Source: Patescibacteria group bacterium (lineage in GTDB: Bacteria; Patescibacteriota; Patescibacteriia; UBA10025; JAHIVO01). From it: 64,000 bases of DNA. A program made the translations under genes and the position numbers. Shown here in pieces: positions 53,436 to 62,131 of this stretch (the stretch's first letter is position 1; the number at the start of each line of letters is the position of its first letter). The notes under the pieces were generated by a model that was given only the letters and a program-made list of their open reading frames with translations, did not search any database and was not told the origin of the DNA. The DNA lies in the NCBI GenBank assembly GCA_028718605.1, contig JAQULM010000002.1, forward strand, positions 65,776 through 129,775, read 5' to 3'.

Positions 53436-53477
53436 GCCATTGCGAGGACCTGCCTATGGGCAGGGGTGAAGCAATCT
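53436..53477. repeat. REP-like hairpin ATTGC-GAG..CCTGCC-TATG-GGCAGG..GAA-GCAAT
   Basis: Intergenic inverted repeat with CCTGCC/GGCAGG core at 53449-53464. Confidence 0.6.
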
Positions 53478-53479
53478 CA

Positions 53480-53887
53480 TCACCGTTTCTCAACCATGCC
53501 AATCGCTTTCAGCACCCACTGGTGCCGCATCTGTTTTTTCATTTTCAGAATTTCCCGCCAGGCAAACCAACGGCAATCCATAATTTCCTTCGAACGTGCT
53601 TGCAACCTGCCGCCGATAATCCTGCCTTCAAATGCGTGGCGCACTGGCCCGCCAACTGTACTATGGTCGACGAATAATTCACGTATCAGTTTCACGCGGA
53701 AACCGGACTCTTCATACACCTCTTTAGCAGCGCGCTTCTCAACCGTGTCGCCAACCTCAACGCGGCCAGCCGGTACGTTCCACAACCCGCGCGCTTGCCG
53801 CTTGCCTTCCTGGACGAGCAGGTATTTCCCGTTTTTCCGGATTACAGTACCGACGACAACCTGTACGCGCAGGTATTTATTTCCCAT
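53480..53887 (-). CDS. NUDIX hydrolase
   Basis: W..PAGRVE.G.T....A.KE..EESG. Confidence 0.9.
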   Translation of the reverse strand: MGNKYLRVQVVVGTVIRKNGKYLLVQEGKRQARGLWNVPAGRVEVGDTVEKRAAKEVYEESGFRVKLIRELFVDHSTVGGPVRHAFEGRIIGGRLQARSKEIMDCRWFAWREILKMKKQMRHQWVLKAIGMVEKR

Positions 53888-53911
53888 GTTTTTGCATACT
53901 AATAGTATAGC

Positions 53912-54094
53912 TTAGCCTGCAAAAAACTTGAGCGCTTCATACACGAAAAATACCGGCCACACGATTGCCTTCAGGAATCCCAGAACACCGACCCAGAAGC
54001 CGGTGGCCGTCGAGATGAAGTAAATCGCCGCGCCAATGAACCCGAGGCCATACACTGCTTCTCCGCCATGTTTATGAACGTTGACATCCATCAT
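53912..54094 (-). CDS. Small conserved membrane protein
   Basis: VYGLGFIGA..GFW.GVLG.LKA.VWP. Confidence 0.75.
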   Translation of the reverse strand: MMDVNVHKHGGEAVYGLGFIGAAIYFISTATGFWVGVLGFLKAIVWPVFFVYEALKFFAG

Positions 54095-54152
54095 ATACGT
54101 AATACATTACTTGATAATTCTTCGTTGACCTACGACGGTAACGGTACGGATC

Positions 54153-54800
54153 CTACGAGGTCGGTGATGCCGCTGTTTGCGCCATCGGCTGAACTGAAGC
54201 GCTCGGCTGAACACCGTGGAGTGTTTTGTACAGGTATACAAACGCGAGCCACACAACCGGCATCGCGACGAAAATGCCGACGCCGAGGCAGATCGCGCCG
54301 AGGATAATGACACCGAGTGCGGTTAAACCAAAGCCGAACAGGGACCATTTAATGCCATCAGTCATGGCAGTGCTCTGCTTCATCGCCTCACCGATGTCGA
54401 GCTTCTTGTCGATGATGAGCGGTACGGTAAACATGAACCGCAGCGCCAGGTAAATGCCGGGGATAACCAGGGCGATAAACCCGAGTGCCACGATGATGCA
54501 CACCACGATCGTCGCGCCCAGCACGCGCCAGTACTGCGTAAACTGGGTAAACACGTCGGTGATCTCACGCATCGTGCCCCCGTAATAATCCAGAATGATC
54601 GTGAGGTACCCGCAGGCCATCCAGGCGCTCAGGAACGGCCCGAGGATGTTGAACAGTGTCCCGTCATCGTCATACCCGGTACCGACGCTTTCGATGACGA
54701 GCACGATCGCCGCGAGCCCGACGAAGTACCAGAAGTTTTTCTTGACTTCCGCCCAGCCATACCGAAATGCTTGGCTGGTAGCGACGTGCTGTGTTGGCAT
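54153..54800 (-). CDS. Integral membrane protein (DUF975-like)
   Basis: IPGIYLALRF.F....IID.....EA.K.S...T.G.KW.LF. Confidence 0.75.
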   Translation of the reverse strand: MPTQHVATSQAFRYGWAEVKKNFWYFVGLAAIVLVIESVGTGYDDDGTLFNILGPFLSAWMACGYLTIILDYYGGTMREITDVFTQFTQYWRVLGATIVVCIIVALGFIALVIPGIYLALRFMFTVPLIIDKKLDIGEAMKQSTAMTDGIKWSLFGFGLTALGVIILGAICLGVGIFVAMPVVWLAFVYLYKTLHGVQPSASVQPMAQTAASPTS

Positions 54801-54829
54801 TGGAGTAAAAATTAAAAAATTGTTAAAAA

Positions 54830-55315
54830 TTACTCAATCTGCCCCATAATCACGACGTAATTCTTCCCATACTTTTTCGCGCACTTCGGGCAGGTCGTGT
54901 ACCACATGTACCACTTCTTGATGTCATTGTACCCCTGCTGTTTTGCGTACGCTTCGAAATCCTTGCACCACTTACCGGTGTCCCTGAAATCGCCCTCGTA
55001 TACTTTGCTCAAATACTTGCCGCTCAACGTGACGTTTTCCGCGCCCGTGACTTCCTTGTCCACGGCAATGTACAGGTCCATGTTCCATTTCGAGGTATGG
55101 TCAGAAAGCGACATCCAGTCGAGCGCCTTGGCGCCCGATGCATCAATCTTCGCGTTCATCCGGGTAACGACCTTACCAAAATTGATCGGGACATTGAACG
55201 CGGTACACACCCTATCCTTTATAAACTTCTTATTCTGCCATTCGAACGTTTTGCTGTCCCACGGCGCGGGGTCAAAGCGCGGGCAGCAGTCGGTTTTGGG
55301 GTTGTAGGTTTCCAT
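54830..55315 (-). CDS. Conserved hypothetical protein (GyrI-like/'hydrolase' family)
   Basis: CCP.F.P..WD, LSG..L.KV.EG, YTTCPKCAK.YGKNYVV. Confidence 0.75.
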   Translation of the reverse strand: METYNPKTDCCPRFDPAPWDSKTFEWQNKKFIKDRVCTAFNVPINFGKVVTRMNAKIDASGAKALDWMSLSDHTSKWNMDLYIAVDKEVTGAENVTLSGKYLSKVYEGDFRDTGKWCKDFEAYAKQQGYNDIKKWYMWYTTCPKCAKKYGKNYVVIMGQIE

Positions 55316-55497
55316 GGTTTCGGTAATTAATACTCTTGGTGCAGTGCCCCCAGTATACCATTTTCGGGGCTGCCGTTGAATGCGGCGCACGTTGACAAGA
55401 GGCAGGCATCCGGTATAGTATGCAATAATAAAACAGAACACACTATTGACATTACGGAAGACGAATCACCAGCAAAACCGACAAGGAGGAAAAAAGG

Positions 55498-56034
55498 ATG
55501 TCGAAAAAATCAAAGCTGGGCATTTTATTCGTGGCGATCGTAACAGGCGTGTTTGCGCTGAGTATCCCGAGCGGCAATGTCGGGGACCCCGGCACAACAC
55601 CGGCTGGCGAGAACAGAGTTCCGCCTCGCCCGAATCCGCTGACCATCGCCGACGTGGCGATGCGCAGCTCGGCCAGCGGCACGGTCGTATCCCTCGATTT
55701 AGGAATCGACGACGGCGTCTGCTGCCCGTACACGGAATTCTACATCACGTGGAACGAGATGGACTCATTGCTGGTCAATGGCCATCTCCTCGCGGACCTG
55801 CTCATTGCGGCTGACTCGAACAGCGTGCTCCTGTGCGACTGCGCCCACGACGGCAGCGAGACATACAAATCCATCATCATGTATGTCGAGCAGCTGGACG
55901 GTGAACCGGGGCTCAAGATCGCCCTGCGCCAGAAAGTGTACCTGCGGTGGACCGATATTTCGGAAAACCTCAGGAAAGCTCTGGAGCCGAGCAAGGCAGC
56001 CATTTTCTACGGAAATGATTACAAAGTGATTTAA
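55498..56034 (+). CDS. Hypothetical exported protein
   Basis: TTGACA promoter near 55392, AAGGAGG RBS, signal-like N-terminus, downstream hairpin/T-tract. Confidence 0.7.
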   Translation: MSKKSKLGILFVAIVTGVFALSIPSGNVGDPGTTPAGENRVPPRPNPLTIADVAMRSSASGTVVSLDLGIDDGVCCPYTEFYITWNEMDSLLVNGHLLADLLIAADSNSVLLCDCAHDGSETYKSIIMYVEQLDGEPGLKIALRQKVYLRWTDISENLRKALEPSKAAIFYGNDYKVI

Positions 56035-56278
56035 TCGATTTCCCGCCCAGACAGAATTAGATCCGGTGCTCCCCTGCGCCGGGTCTTTTATTTTTGGCTT
56101 TCAATAAGTCCTGACTTATTACCAGCACCCATTTAAAAACGCACCGATGCAGTTAAATAGTATCGAGTCTCCTTCATCTCCTTTGACTCCGCAGACTTTA
56201 TATAAAAATTTCACTTCTTCAAGTTGCTTTTCAGCTTCAAGCATATTTTTTATACAATACGATTTGTGAAAAAATACA

Positions 56279-57535
56279 TTAACTCTTTTGTTCAAGTCCT
56301 TTTATTAATACCTGAACTAATAATTGAGCAATTAATGGATGTTTAATTATTTTTTCATGGATCCAAGTGGACATTTCTTTTAATCTTCCCAAAATACTCT
56401 TAACATCCCTTGGCGATGGAGTTGGTTTATTCAGCTCCAACTTTAATAACTTGATTTCCCTAAGTAAAGTAGTCTTTTCAATATCCCCGAAGTCGGGTTT
56501 ATTTAAAATATCATTTTCGATTTCTGTAAATACAACATTGACGTTACTATTGATAAAACTATTTTGATTCCCAACGACCGTCATGCCAACATTACCTGCA
56601 ACATTTGTTGTATTATAAATTACGGTTGATGGTATCAGGGAGTCAAATCTTTCTGGATCCTCAATGATATCAACCCCGGTTTTACTAATTTGAGCCGCCG
56701 TGTAGCCTGACATATCTTCTGATACATTAGTTAAGTACCCGCCCTCATTCAAATATTTAATATTTCTATCAATTGCTTCGGGTGGAACATTGTCCACTTG
56801 TGCATTTATTTCTTCTTTTAACAATAAACCATGGGGATCTTTCTGCCATCTTTTATAGGCTAGTTGCAAAATTTTCCTTCTTATTCCTTTATCTGTCATA
56901 TAAAATTGTTCTTGATTTAATTTCTCTCTAGTCTTTTCGGGGGTCGGTTCGACCTGTGAGGATGTAAATATATATATATAACCATCCGACTTATTCCCCT
57001 TGGTGATTTCGAGTTTTATTTTTTCTAGCGCCAAACTAACCATTTCATCTATCAATTCATTTGGCTTATCATATTTCATCCAGCTTGCGATGAGCGTACC
57101 GGATACACCAATTGTAAATCCAAATTGTACCTCGTTATCTTCCACGTTAGTAATAAAATAGTATAAATCTATATGATCACCCACCTTTGGTGAAGGAAAA
57201 ACTTGGATTTTATACCTCGTACCCTGCACATTAATTTCTTTTTCATCGATTAGAGTATCAATTTGATCCCTCTGGAAAAACTTTAAACCATTAAAGTAAC
57301 CAGTAATGGACGTTGCATAAATATCATACTGATCCGATTTATTAAATACTAAATCACCAAGCTTTTGCCATTTTTGAGACACCTCTAATTTCCATTTATC
57401 GAGTAATTCCGTTGTAATCTCGTTCGTTCGAAAATAATCCCATAGATATTCCGCCGACGCTAGAACATATATTGTTGACTTTTTCTTACCATCGTCGGTC
57501 TCACAAGCTATTGTAAACCAAAAAACATCTCTCAT
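56279..57535 (-). CDS. Hypothetical low-GC protein with central winged-helix-like segment
   Basis: Long ORF in AT-rich DNA; AGAGGA RBS before ATG 57535; I.RNIKYL.E.GYL..I...GVD.IE. Confidence 0.75.
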   Translation of the reverse strand: MRDVFWFTIACETDDGKKKSTIYVLASAEYLWDYFRTNEITTELLDKWKLEVSQKWQKLGDLVFNKSDQYDIYATSITGYFNGLKFFQRDQIDTLIDEKEINVQGTRYKIQVFPSPKVGDHIDLYYFITNVEDNEVQFGFTIGVSGTLIASWMKYDKPNELIDEMVSLALEKIKLEITKGNKSDGYIYIFTSSQVEPTPEKTREKLNQEQFYMTDKGIRRKILQLAYKRWQKDPHGLLLKEEINAQVDNVPPEAIDRNIKYLNEGGYLTNVSEDMSGYTAAQISKTGVDIIEDPERFDSLIPSTVIYNTTNVAGNVGMTVVGNQNSFINSNVNVVFTEIENDILNKPDFGDIEKTTLLREIKLLKLELNKPTPSPRDVKSILGRLKEMSTWIHEKIIKHPLIAQLLVQVLIKGLEQKS

Positions 57536-57626
57536 GAATTCCTCTTTGATACTTGTTGCATGCATTTTCATCCTGATGGCAATATATTGATTATTTTTCC
57601 GTGTGACGAGTGACCACTTCACAAAC

Positions 57627-58100
57627 TCATCTCTCGATCCCCCTTATAAAATCCACAATCGGCTGGATGTCGGATTTATCAACTTCAGCCGGAGCGCTGG
57701 CCTGGGTGGATTTGGCGATCATTTTTTGCCAGAAGTTCAGCTTGTCCACGTCCACCTTGCCGGGAATTTTGACGTAACCGGCAAGGCCGTTGCGCACCTC
57801 TTCCGCAATCATCTCATACGATTGCTTGCCCTGTTCGGAATTAGCCGGGACCAGGCCGACGGCAAACAGGTACACTTTCTTGCCCTTCAAGCCATGCCAG
57901 TTTTCCTCGAGCCAATTTTTCGCCGCGATCCTGCCCATGTACGTGCGGGAGCCGACGACGACCATGCCGTAATCGTGCAGTGTGTCCGCGCCGTACTCGT
58001 CGAGATTGCCGATCTCGGTGCCAGCGACTGCCTCGTGGATCCACTCAGCGTACTGCTTGGTGGTGCCCCACTGGGTTTTGTACAGAATGATAGTTTTCAT
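57627..58100 (-). CDS. Flavodoxin-domain protein (HemG-like)
   Basis: ILY.T.WG.T.QYAEWI, VVVGS..Y.G, LFAVG. Confidence 0.85.
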   Translation of the reverse strand: MKTIILYKTQWGTTKQYAEWIHEAVAGTEIGNLDEYGADTLHDYGMVVVGSRTYMGRIAAKNWLEENWHGLKGKKVYLFAVGLVPANSEQGKQSYEMIAEEVRNGLAGYVKIPGKVDVDKLNFWQKMIAKSTQASAPAEVDKSDIQPIVDFIRGIER

Positions 58101-58175
58101 AATCCCCTCCATGAAATTAATATCCAAATTCTAATAACCAATTCCCAATAAATTTCCAAATCCCAATTTCCAGAG

Positions 58176-58559
58176 TTACGGTTGCATGGGCGGCTGGGAC
58201 GCCGACTTTACTGCAGGAGGTTGGCCCTGTTTTACGTACTTATAATAATGCACTATATACAGCGCGCCGATAATGGCAAAAGGAAGTGCGATGGCTAAAA
58301 TCCCCACCAGTTCAAACTTGGCGATGAATACAAATACGGCGCTGAATGCGATAAACAGCCAGCCGCCGATGAGCTCCCGTTTCCACGCGACAATGATTAA
58401 AATGATCCCTGCAATCGACGGCAGGAGGTGCATGAAGAGCGCGAGCGCCGTTTCCCAGGCGGTTTGGCCCTCCTCGAACACGTCAAACGCGAACAGGGAG
58501 ATAAAGCATACCATAATAATGCCCAGAAACCGCGGTGCCCAATAGAGAAATTTTTTCAT
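58176..58559 (-). CDS. Conserved 4-TM membrane protein
   Basis: W.PR.L..F..LFA.DVF..HLLP..AWK.E..GG. Confidence 0.75.
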   Translation of the reverse strand: MKKFLYWAPRFLGIIMVCFISLFAFDVFEEGQTAWETALALFMHLLPSIAGIILIIVAWKRELIGGWLFIAFSAVFVFIAKFELVGILAIALPFAIIGALYIVHYYKYVKQGQPPAVKSASQPPMQP

Positions 58560-59068
58560 AGCCGTGCGTTCATTAATGCTTGTAAAAATTCGTCGGTCTT
58601 CTTGCTGCCGATGAGGATCCGGCGGCCATTGGCCAATTCGAACTGCACCCCGCGAGTTTCATCAAAATACACGTACGCCATAACCCACGTCGAGCCTTTT
58701 CGCAAACCATACCGGATGCCCCAGCCCCAGAAGTCGCGCATGGCATTGAATTCGCGGGGGTAATATTTTTCAACCTGGTCCCAAGCGAACGTAGTTTTCC
58801 AGAACGGCACGTACGATGAGGAAATATTTTTTCCGTCAAACGTGATGACCTGCTTCCCTGCCCAGAACAGCCAGGGCAAGCCGATGCCGCACGCGAGGAA
58901 AATCAACCATACGCCAAAGTCAGGCGCTGGGTTATTGCCGAAGGGCTTGCCGAAAATGATCTGCTGGACAAAGCTCCACGCGGAAAACACAACCAAGGGA
59001 CCGATGATCAGGTACATCCACCAGGGTTTCGCGTCTTGGACTTCATGATACAGATATGGAGTGGACAT
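58556..59068 (-). CDS. Membrane protein with bacterial PH-like domain (DUF6141-like)
   Basis: E.Q, PFGNNP, WGIR, GVQ..L..G..ILIGS. Confidence 0.75.
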   Translation of the reverse strand: MSTPYLYHEVQDAKPWWMYLIIGPLVVFSAWSFVQQIIFGKPFGNNPAPDFGVWLIFLACGIGLPWLFWAGKQVITFDGKNISSSYVPFWKTTFAWDQVEKYYPREFNAMRDFWGWGIRYGLRKGSTWVMAYVYFDETRGVQFELANGRRILIGSKKTDEFLQALMNARL

Positions 59069-59123
59069 ATGCCTCTATCGTATACCTTTTGGGGGGGATG
59101 TTCAAATATTACCCACCCGCACC

Positions 59124-59152
59124 TTGACAAATAAAAAAATTTGGCATATACT
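59124..59152 (+). promoter_or_regulatory. Sigma70 promoter
   Basis: TTGACA-17-TATACT. Confidence 0.75.
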
Positions 59153-59194
59153 TCTCTGAAAACAAACTACCGAAAATTGCGGAGGTATAACCAC

Positions 59195-59386
59195 ATGATG
59201 AAGAATCGACGCCTGTGGAGGCAACTCTGGCGGGCCAGAAAATTGGGATTGCCACGGCCGACGTTTGAAATGTCGCCCGAAGACGCCCAGTCAGGGGACC
59301 GCAGACAGTATGACTTTTGGAACTTCTGCATCAGAAACAGTGATGTAGTCCAACTTCCCACACCGGAGCCTATCTCAATGAGATAG
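59195..59386 (+). CDS. Small hypothetical protein (63 aa)
   Basis: Own promoter, GGAGGT RBS, terminator-like GCCTATCTC-AAT-GAGATAGGC followed by a T-rich run. Confidence 0.65.
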   Translation: MMKNRRLWRQLWRARKLGLPRPTFEMSPEDAQSGDRRQYDFWNFCIRNSDVVQLPTPEPISMR

Positions 59387-59493
59387 GCTTCTTTTATCCA
59401 CAACGCTGAAGGATTATCCGGGCTGTTTGCTCGCGATGGAGAGAAATCAACGGATAGTGTTTATGTTTTTGGACTTCGTGGTAGGAGTAAGCG

Positions 59494-59964
59494 TCAGCCA
59501 TCTTTTTTGTCATAAAACTCTACTCGGCCGCCGAAGTGCTCAATCGCCTCTTTCACCGTGGCAAACGACTCTACCGCCGCCGGCTTCGTCGGGCGGTCAG
59601 TTTGGTATGTATGGCCAGTGCCTTCGCCGGACGTGAGCGTAAAATTCCCGCCTGGCATCGTGTAGACATGGACGGGAACATTCAGGCGTTCCTGCTGGTC
59701 AACGGGTACGCGGAAAAGGACGCCGTCTTTTTCAACGGACAGTTCAAACCCTTCATTGCTTCCCCACAGGAATGCGTGCGCGGCGGAAAAAGCGGGGTTA
59801 TCCGAAGCATAGATTAATTTTGGCTGGGTTTCCGGGTCAGCACCGCCGGGAATGGACCGCCGGCGCGGTTCAAATTCTTCAACCGCAGTCGCGGTCGTAC
59901 CGTGATACAGCGTACTCGGTACTGGCTCTTTCTCTGGATTGTGCTCTTGTTCGTACTCCGACAT
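59494..59964 (-). CDS. Hypothetical protein with ADP-ribosyltransferase-like LYHGT..IYAS pattern
   Basis: LYHGT, F.P, IYAS, VY. Confidence 0.6.
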   Translation of the reverse strand: MSEYEQEHNPEKEPVPSTLYHGTTATAVEEFEPRRRSIPGGADPETQPKLIYASDNPAFSAAHAFLWGSNEGFELSVEKDGVLFRVPVDQQERLNVPVHVYTMPGGNFTLTSGEGTGHTYQTDRPTKPAAVESFATVKEAIEHFGGRVEFYDKKDG

Positions 59965-59989
59965 GGGACCTTGTTGATTAAAAAATATT

Positions 59990-60460
59990 CTACAACCAGT
60001 TTTTATCCTGGTATTTTTCCTCTGCTGCTACGATATTAATTTGTTTCCGTATTTCAGCGATGTCCGTCTCGTTCAATGGCTTGAACGCATCATAGAATCC
60101 CGTTGACCGGTCCGGCAAATACACTGCCTCTCGGAACGGCTGGTGCACGGCGTTTTTCGCGCGGCCGTAGATGTGCAGGTGGAACACAGGCTGTTTGCCG
60201 GATTTGTACGCCCAGTTGCCCATGTCGTGGTAATTTATCCGCATGATTTCCAGTCCCCTATTTTTCATCGCCTGTTCAAACGCCTTGCCGACGATCATAG
60301 TGAGGCGGATGAATTCAATCGCCATTGCCGGTGACATTTCCGTGCGGTTGGAAATTTTTTGCTTCGGGAATATCTTGATATGCCCGCCTTCTTCTCGCGA
60401 GACATGTGGCTTATCAAACGCCTCGACGACGAATGACTTTGTTTCAAAAATTGTTGCCAT
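59990..60460 (-). CDS. HIT-family protein
   Basis: GGH..I.PK, INY..MGN, FHLHIYGR. Confidence 0.8.
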   Translation of the reverse strand: MATIFETKSFVVEAFDKPHVSREEGGHIKIFPKQKISNRTEMSPAMAIEFIRLTMIVGKAFEQAMKNRGLEIMRINYHDMGNWAYKSGKQPVFHLHIYGRAKNAVHQPFREAVYLPDRSTGFYDAFKPLNETDIAEIRKQINIVAAEEKYQDKNWL

Positions 60461-60464
60461 CGAA

Positions 60465-60962
60465 TTACGAATTTAAAAAATCATCGACGTCACGCATCGT
60501 CTGTTCAATGGGCCTGTCGGTATTGATCATTTTGTGTGGGATTCGTATCGGCTGCCACCGAGCTTTCACTTCACGATACAATATAGGCGTACGGTCAGTT
60601 GCGATATGGTCTGTAATGGCTTTGATGCGTGCGATCGCCACGTCTTCAGGGCAATCGCAGTAAATCATTTTAAGGCGGACTTTTGCCCTGTTTGCAACAA
60701 ACGCTGCGCTCTTCACCGCCCATTCTTGGCTGAACGACGGGCAATCGAGGGCGACTTTCTCGCCTTTTTGGAGATAGTACAGGGCTACCATCAACATAAC
60801 TTTGAACGCGGTATCTTTTTGCTCGCGTGAGCTGAAATCAGCCGGCTTAAATAATTTTAAAATAAACTCGTCCCGATGCAAGCCACGGAAGCCCTGCTTT
60901 TCAAGCTGTTCACATACGGTTGTTTTTCCTGATGCCGGTAACCCGGCGATTGCCACTAACAT
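60465..60962 (-). CDS. P-loop kinase (AAA_33-like)
   Basis: GLPASGKTT, VALD, C.C..A..RI, INTD. Confidence 0.82.
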   Translation of the reverse strand: MLVAIAGLPASGKTTVCEQLEKQGFRGLHRDEFILKLFKPADFSSREQKDTAFKVMLMVALYYLQKGEKVALDCPSFSQEWAVKSAAFVANRAKVRLKMIYCDCPEDVAIARIKAITDHIATDRTPILYREVKARWQPIRIPHKMINTDRPIEQTMRDVDDFLNS

Positions 60963-60983
60963 ACCTGCTAATAATTCAATTAG

Positions 60984-61550
60984 TTATGAGGCTAAAAGCT
61001 TCCTAACCGCTTTTGAAACATCCGGATAGTCCTTGATAACAAATCCCGAGAACTGTTTCTGCTCAAGCTCGTTGAGCCGGCCGATCTTTTCCATGGGCCA
61101 CCATTCAAGGCTGGTCGCTTTACCGTGCTCGAATTGCACCGTATCAACGCCGTCTTTGAAACGGTACGCGAACAGCACGCGCATGGCCTTGTTCAGCATA
61201 CCATTCGGCTGTGGCCCGCTGAAGCGTTTATTCTGCGCGATGCGGACCAGTTCCTCAGGACGTGCGCGGATGCCGGTCTCTTCCGCCAATTCTTTCAGCG
61301 CCGCTTGTTCGTACGTCTCGCCAATGCCGACATGCCCGCCGGCAGAGGTATCCAACAGGTTGGGGGCGATGTCTTTATCAGGCGCGCGCCGCTGCAAGAG
61401 CAGCTCGCCGGCGCCATTATAAATCCAGATGCCGACTTCCCGGTGCCACAGCCCCCGCGTGTGGATGGCCGTGCGCGTTTCCTGGCCGATCACACGGTCG
61501 TTTTCGTCGACGACGTTCAGTTTTTCTTCAGGAGCGTGCGGCATAATCAT
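60984..61550 (-). CDS. NUDIX hydrolase (IDI/YfcD-like)
   Basis: VVDEND..IG..R..H..G..H, LLQRR..K, GGHV..GE....A.KEL.EETG. Confidence 0.88.
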   Translation of the reverse strand: MIMPHAPEEKLNVVDENDRVIGQETRTAIHTRGLWHREVGIWIYNGAGELLLQRRAPDKDIAPNLLDTSAGGHVGIGETYEQAALKELAEETGIRARPEELVRIAQNKRFSGPQPNGMLNKAMRVLFAYRFKDGVDTVQFEHGKATSLEWWPMEKIGRLNELEQKQFSGFVIKDYPDVSKAVRKLLAS

Positions 61551-62116
61551 ACTTCCTCCCATTTCACCTCATCCGGAAACATGAGCTGGAACGGATAGCC
61601 GAGGTAGTTGCGTTCAATTTTTCTGCAGCCGAGGCTCTTCAGAAACTCCACCATCCTGTCCGTCTCCTCTTTCGGATCCGGATGTTCTGAGCCTTTGTAC
61701 TCAATTTCTACGAAATCGCCCAGTCCCGCAATCTGGTCAACGGACACTTCCCAGTTTTTATACAGCCAAGCTTTCCGCACTTTATCCACGGTCACAATTT
61801 TCCGATATCGGAGTGCGGTAAATATATTGCGGATTTGTTCGATGCCCAGAAGCTGCGTTTCGTATTCATCACAGTAGTTGCTTGTGCCGTCGGTATCGTA
61901 GTGCCAATTTTTGTAATTGAGCGAATACACACCTTCGGCATCCCGCAACCGCAGCCATTCCTTCACCGGCCGTACGCTGGTAAAGTCGCGGTGTGGCGGG
62001 GTGTAGTATTCATCAATCTGCTGCCTCTCGAACCGGAACTTTCCGCCGGCTTCAAGCGCCTTGATGAGGGAATCGGCGGTCGCGAGCCGCACCTGGATTT
62101 CGATTTCTTTGGGCAT
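61547..62116 (-). CDS. CYTH / class IV adenylate cyclase-like protein
   Basis: EIE, Q.D.YY, LRLR, EYE, V.K.R, LG.FVEIE, GY. Confidence 0.88.
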   Translation of the reverse strand: MPKEIEIQVRLATADSLIKALEAGGKFRFERQQIDEYYTPPHRDFTSVRPVKEWLRLRDAEGVYSLNYKNWHYDTDGTSNYCDEYETQLLGIEQIRNIFTALRYRKIVTVDKVRKAWLYKNWEVSVDQIAGLGDFVEIEYKGSEHPDPKEETDRMVEFLKSLGCRKIERNYLGYPFQLMFPDEVKWEEV

Positions 62117-62131
62117 AGTAATTCACAGCTC

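Noticed and set aside
58120-58172. Short AATTTCCA/ATTCCCAA-like repeats
   Set aside because: Degenerate low-complexity intergenic tract; too short to assign.
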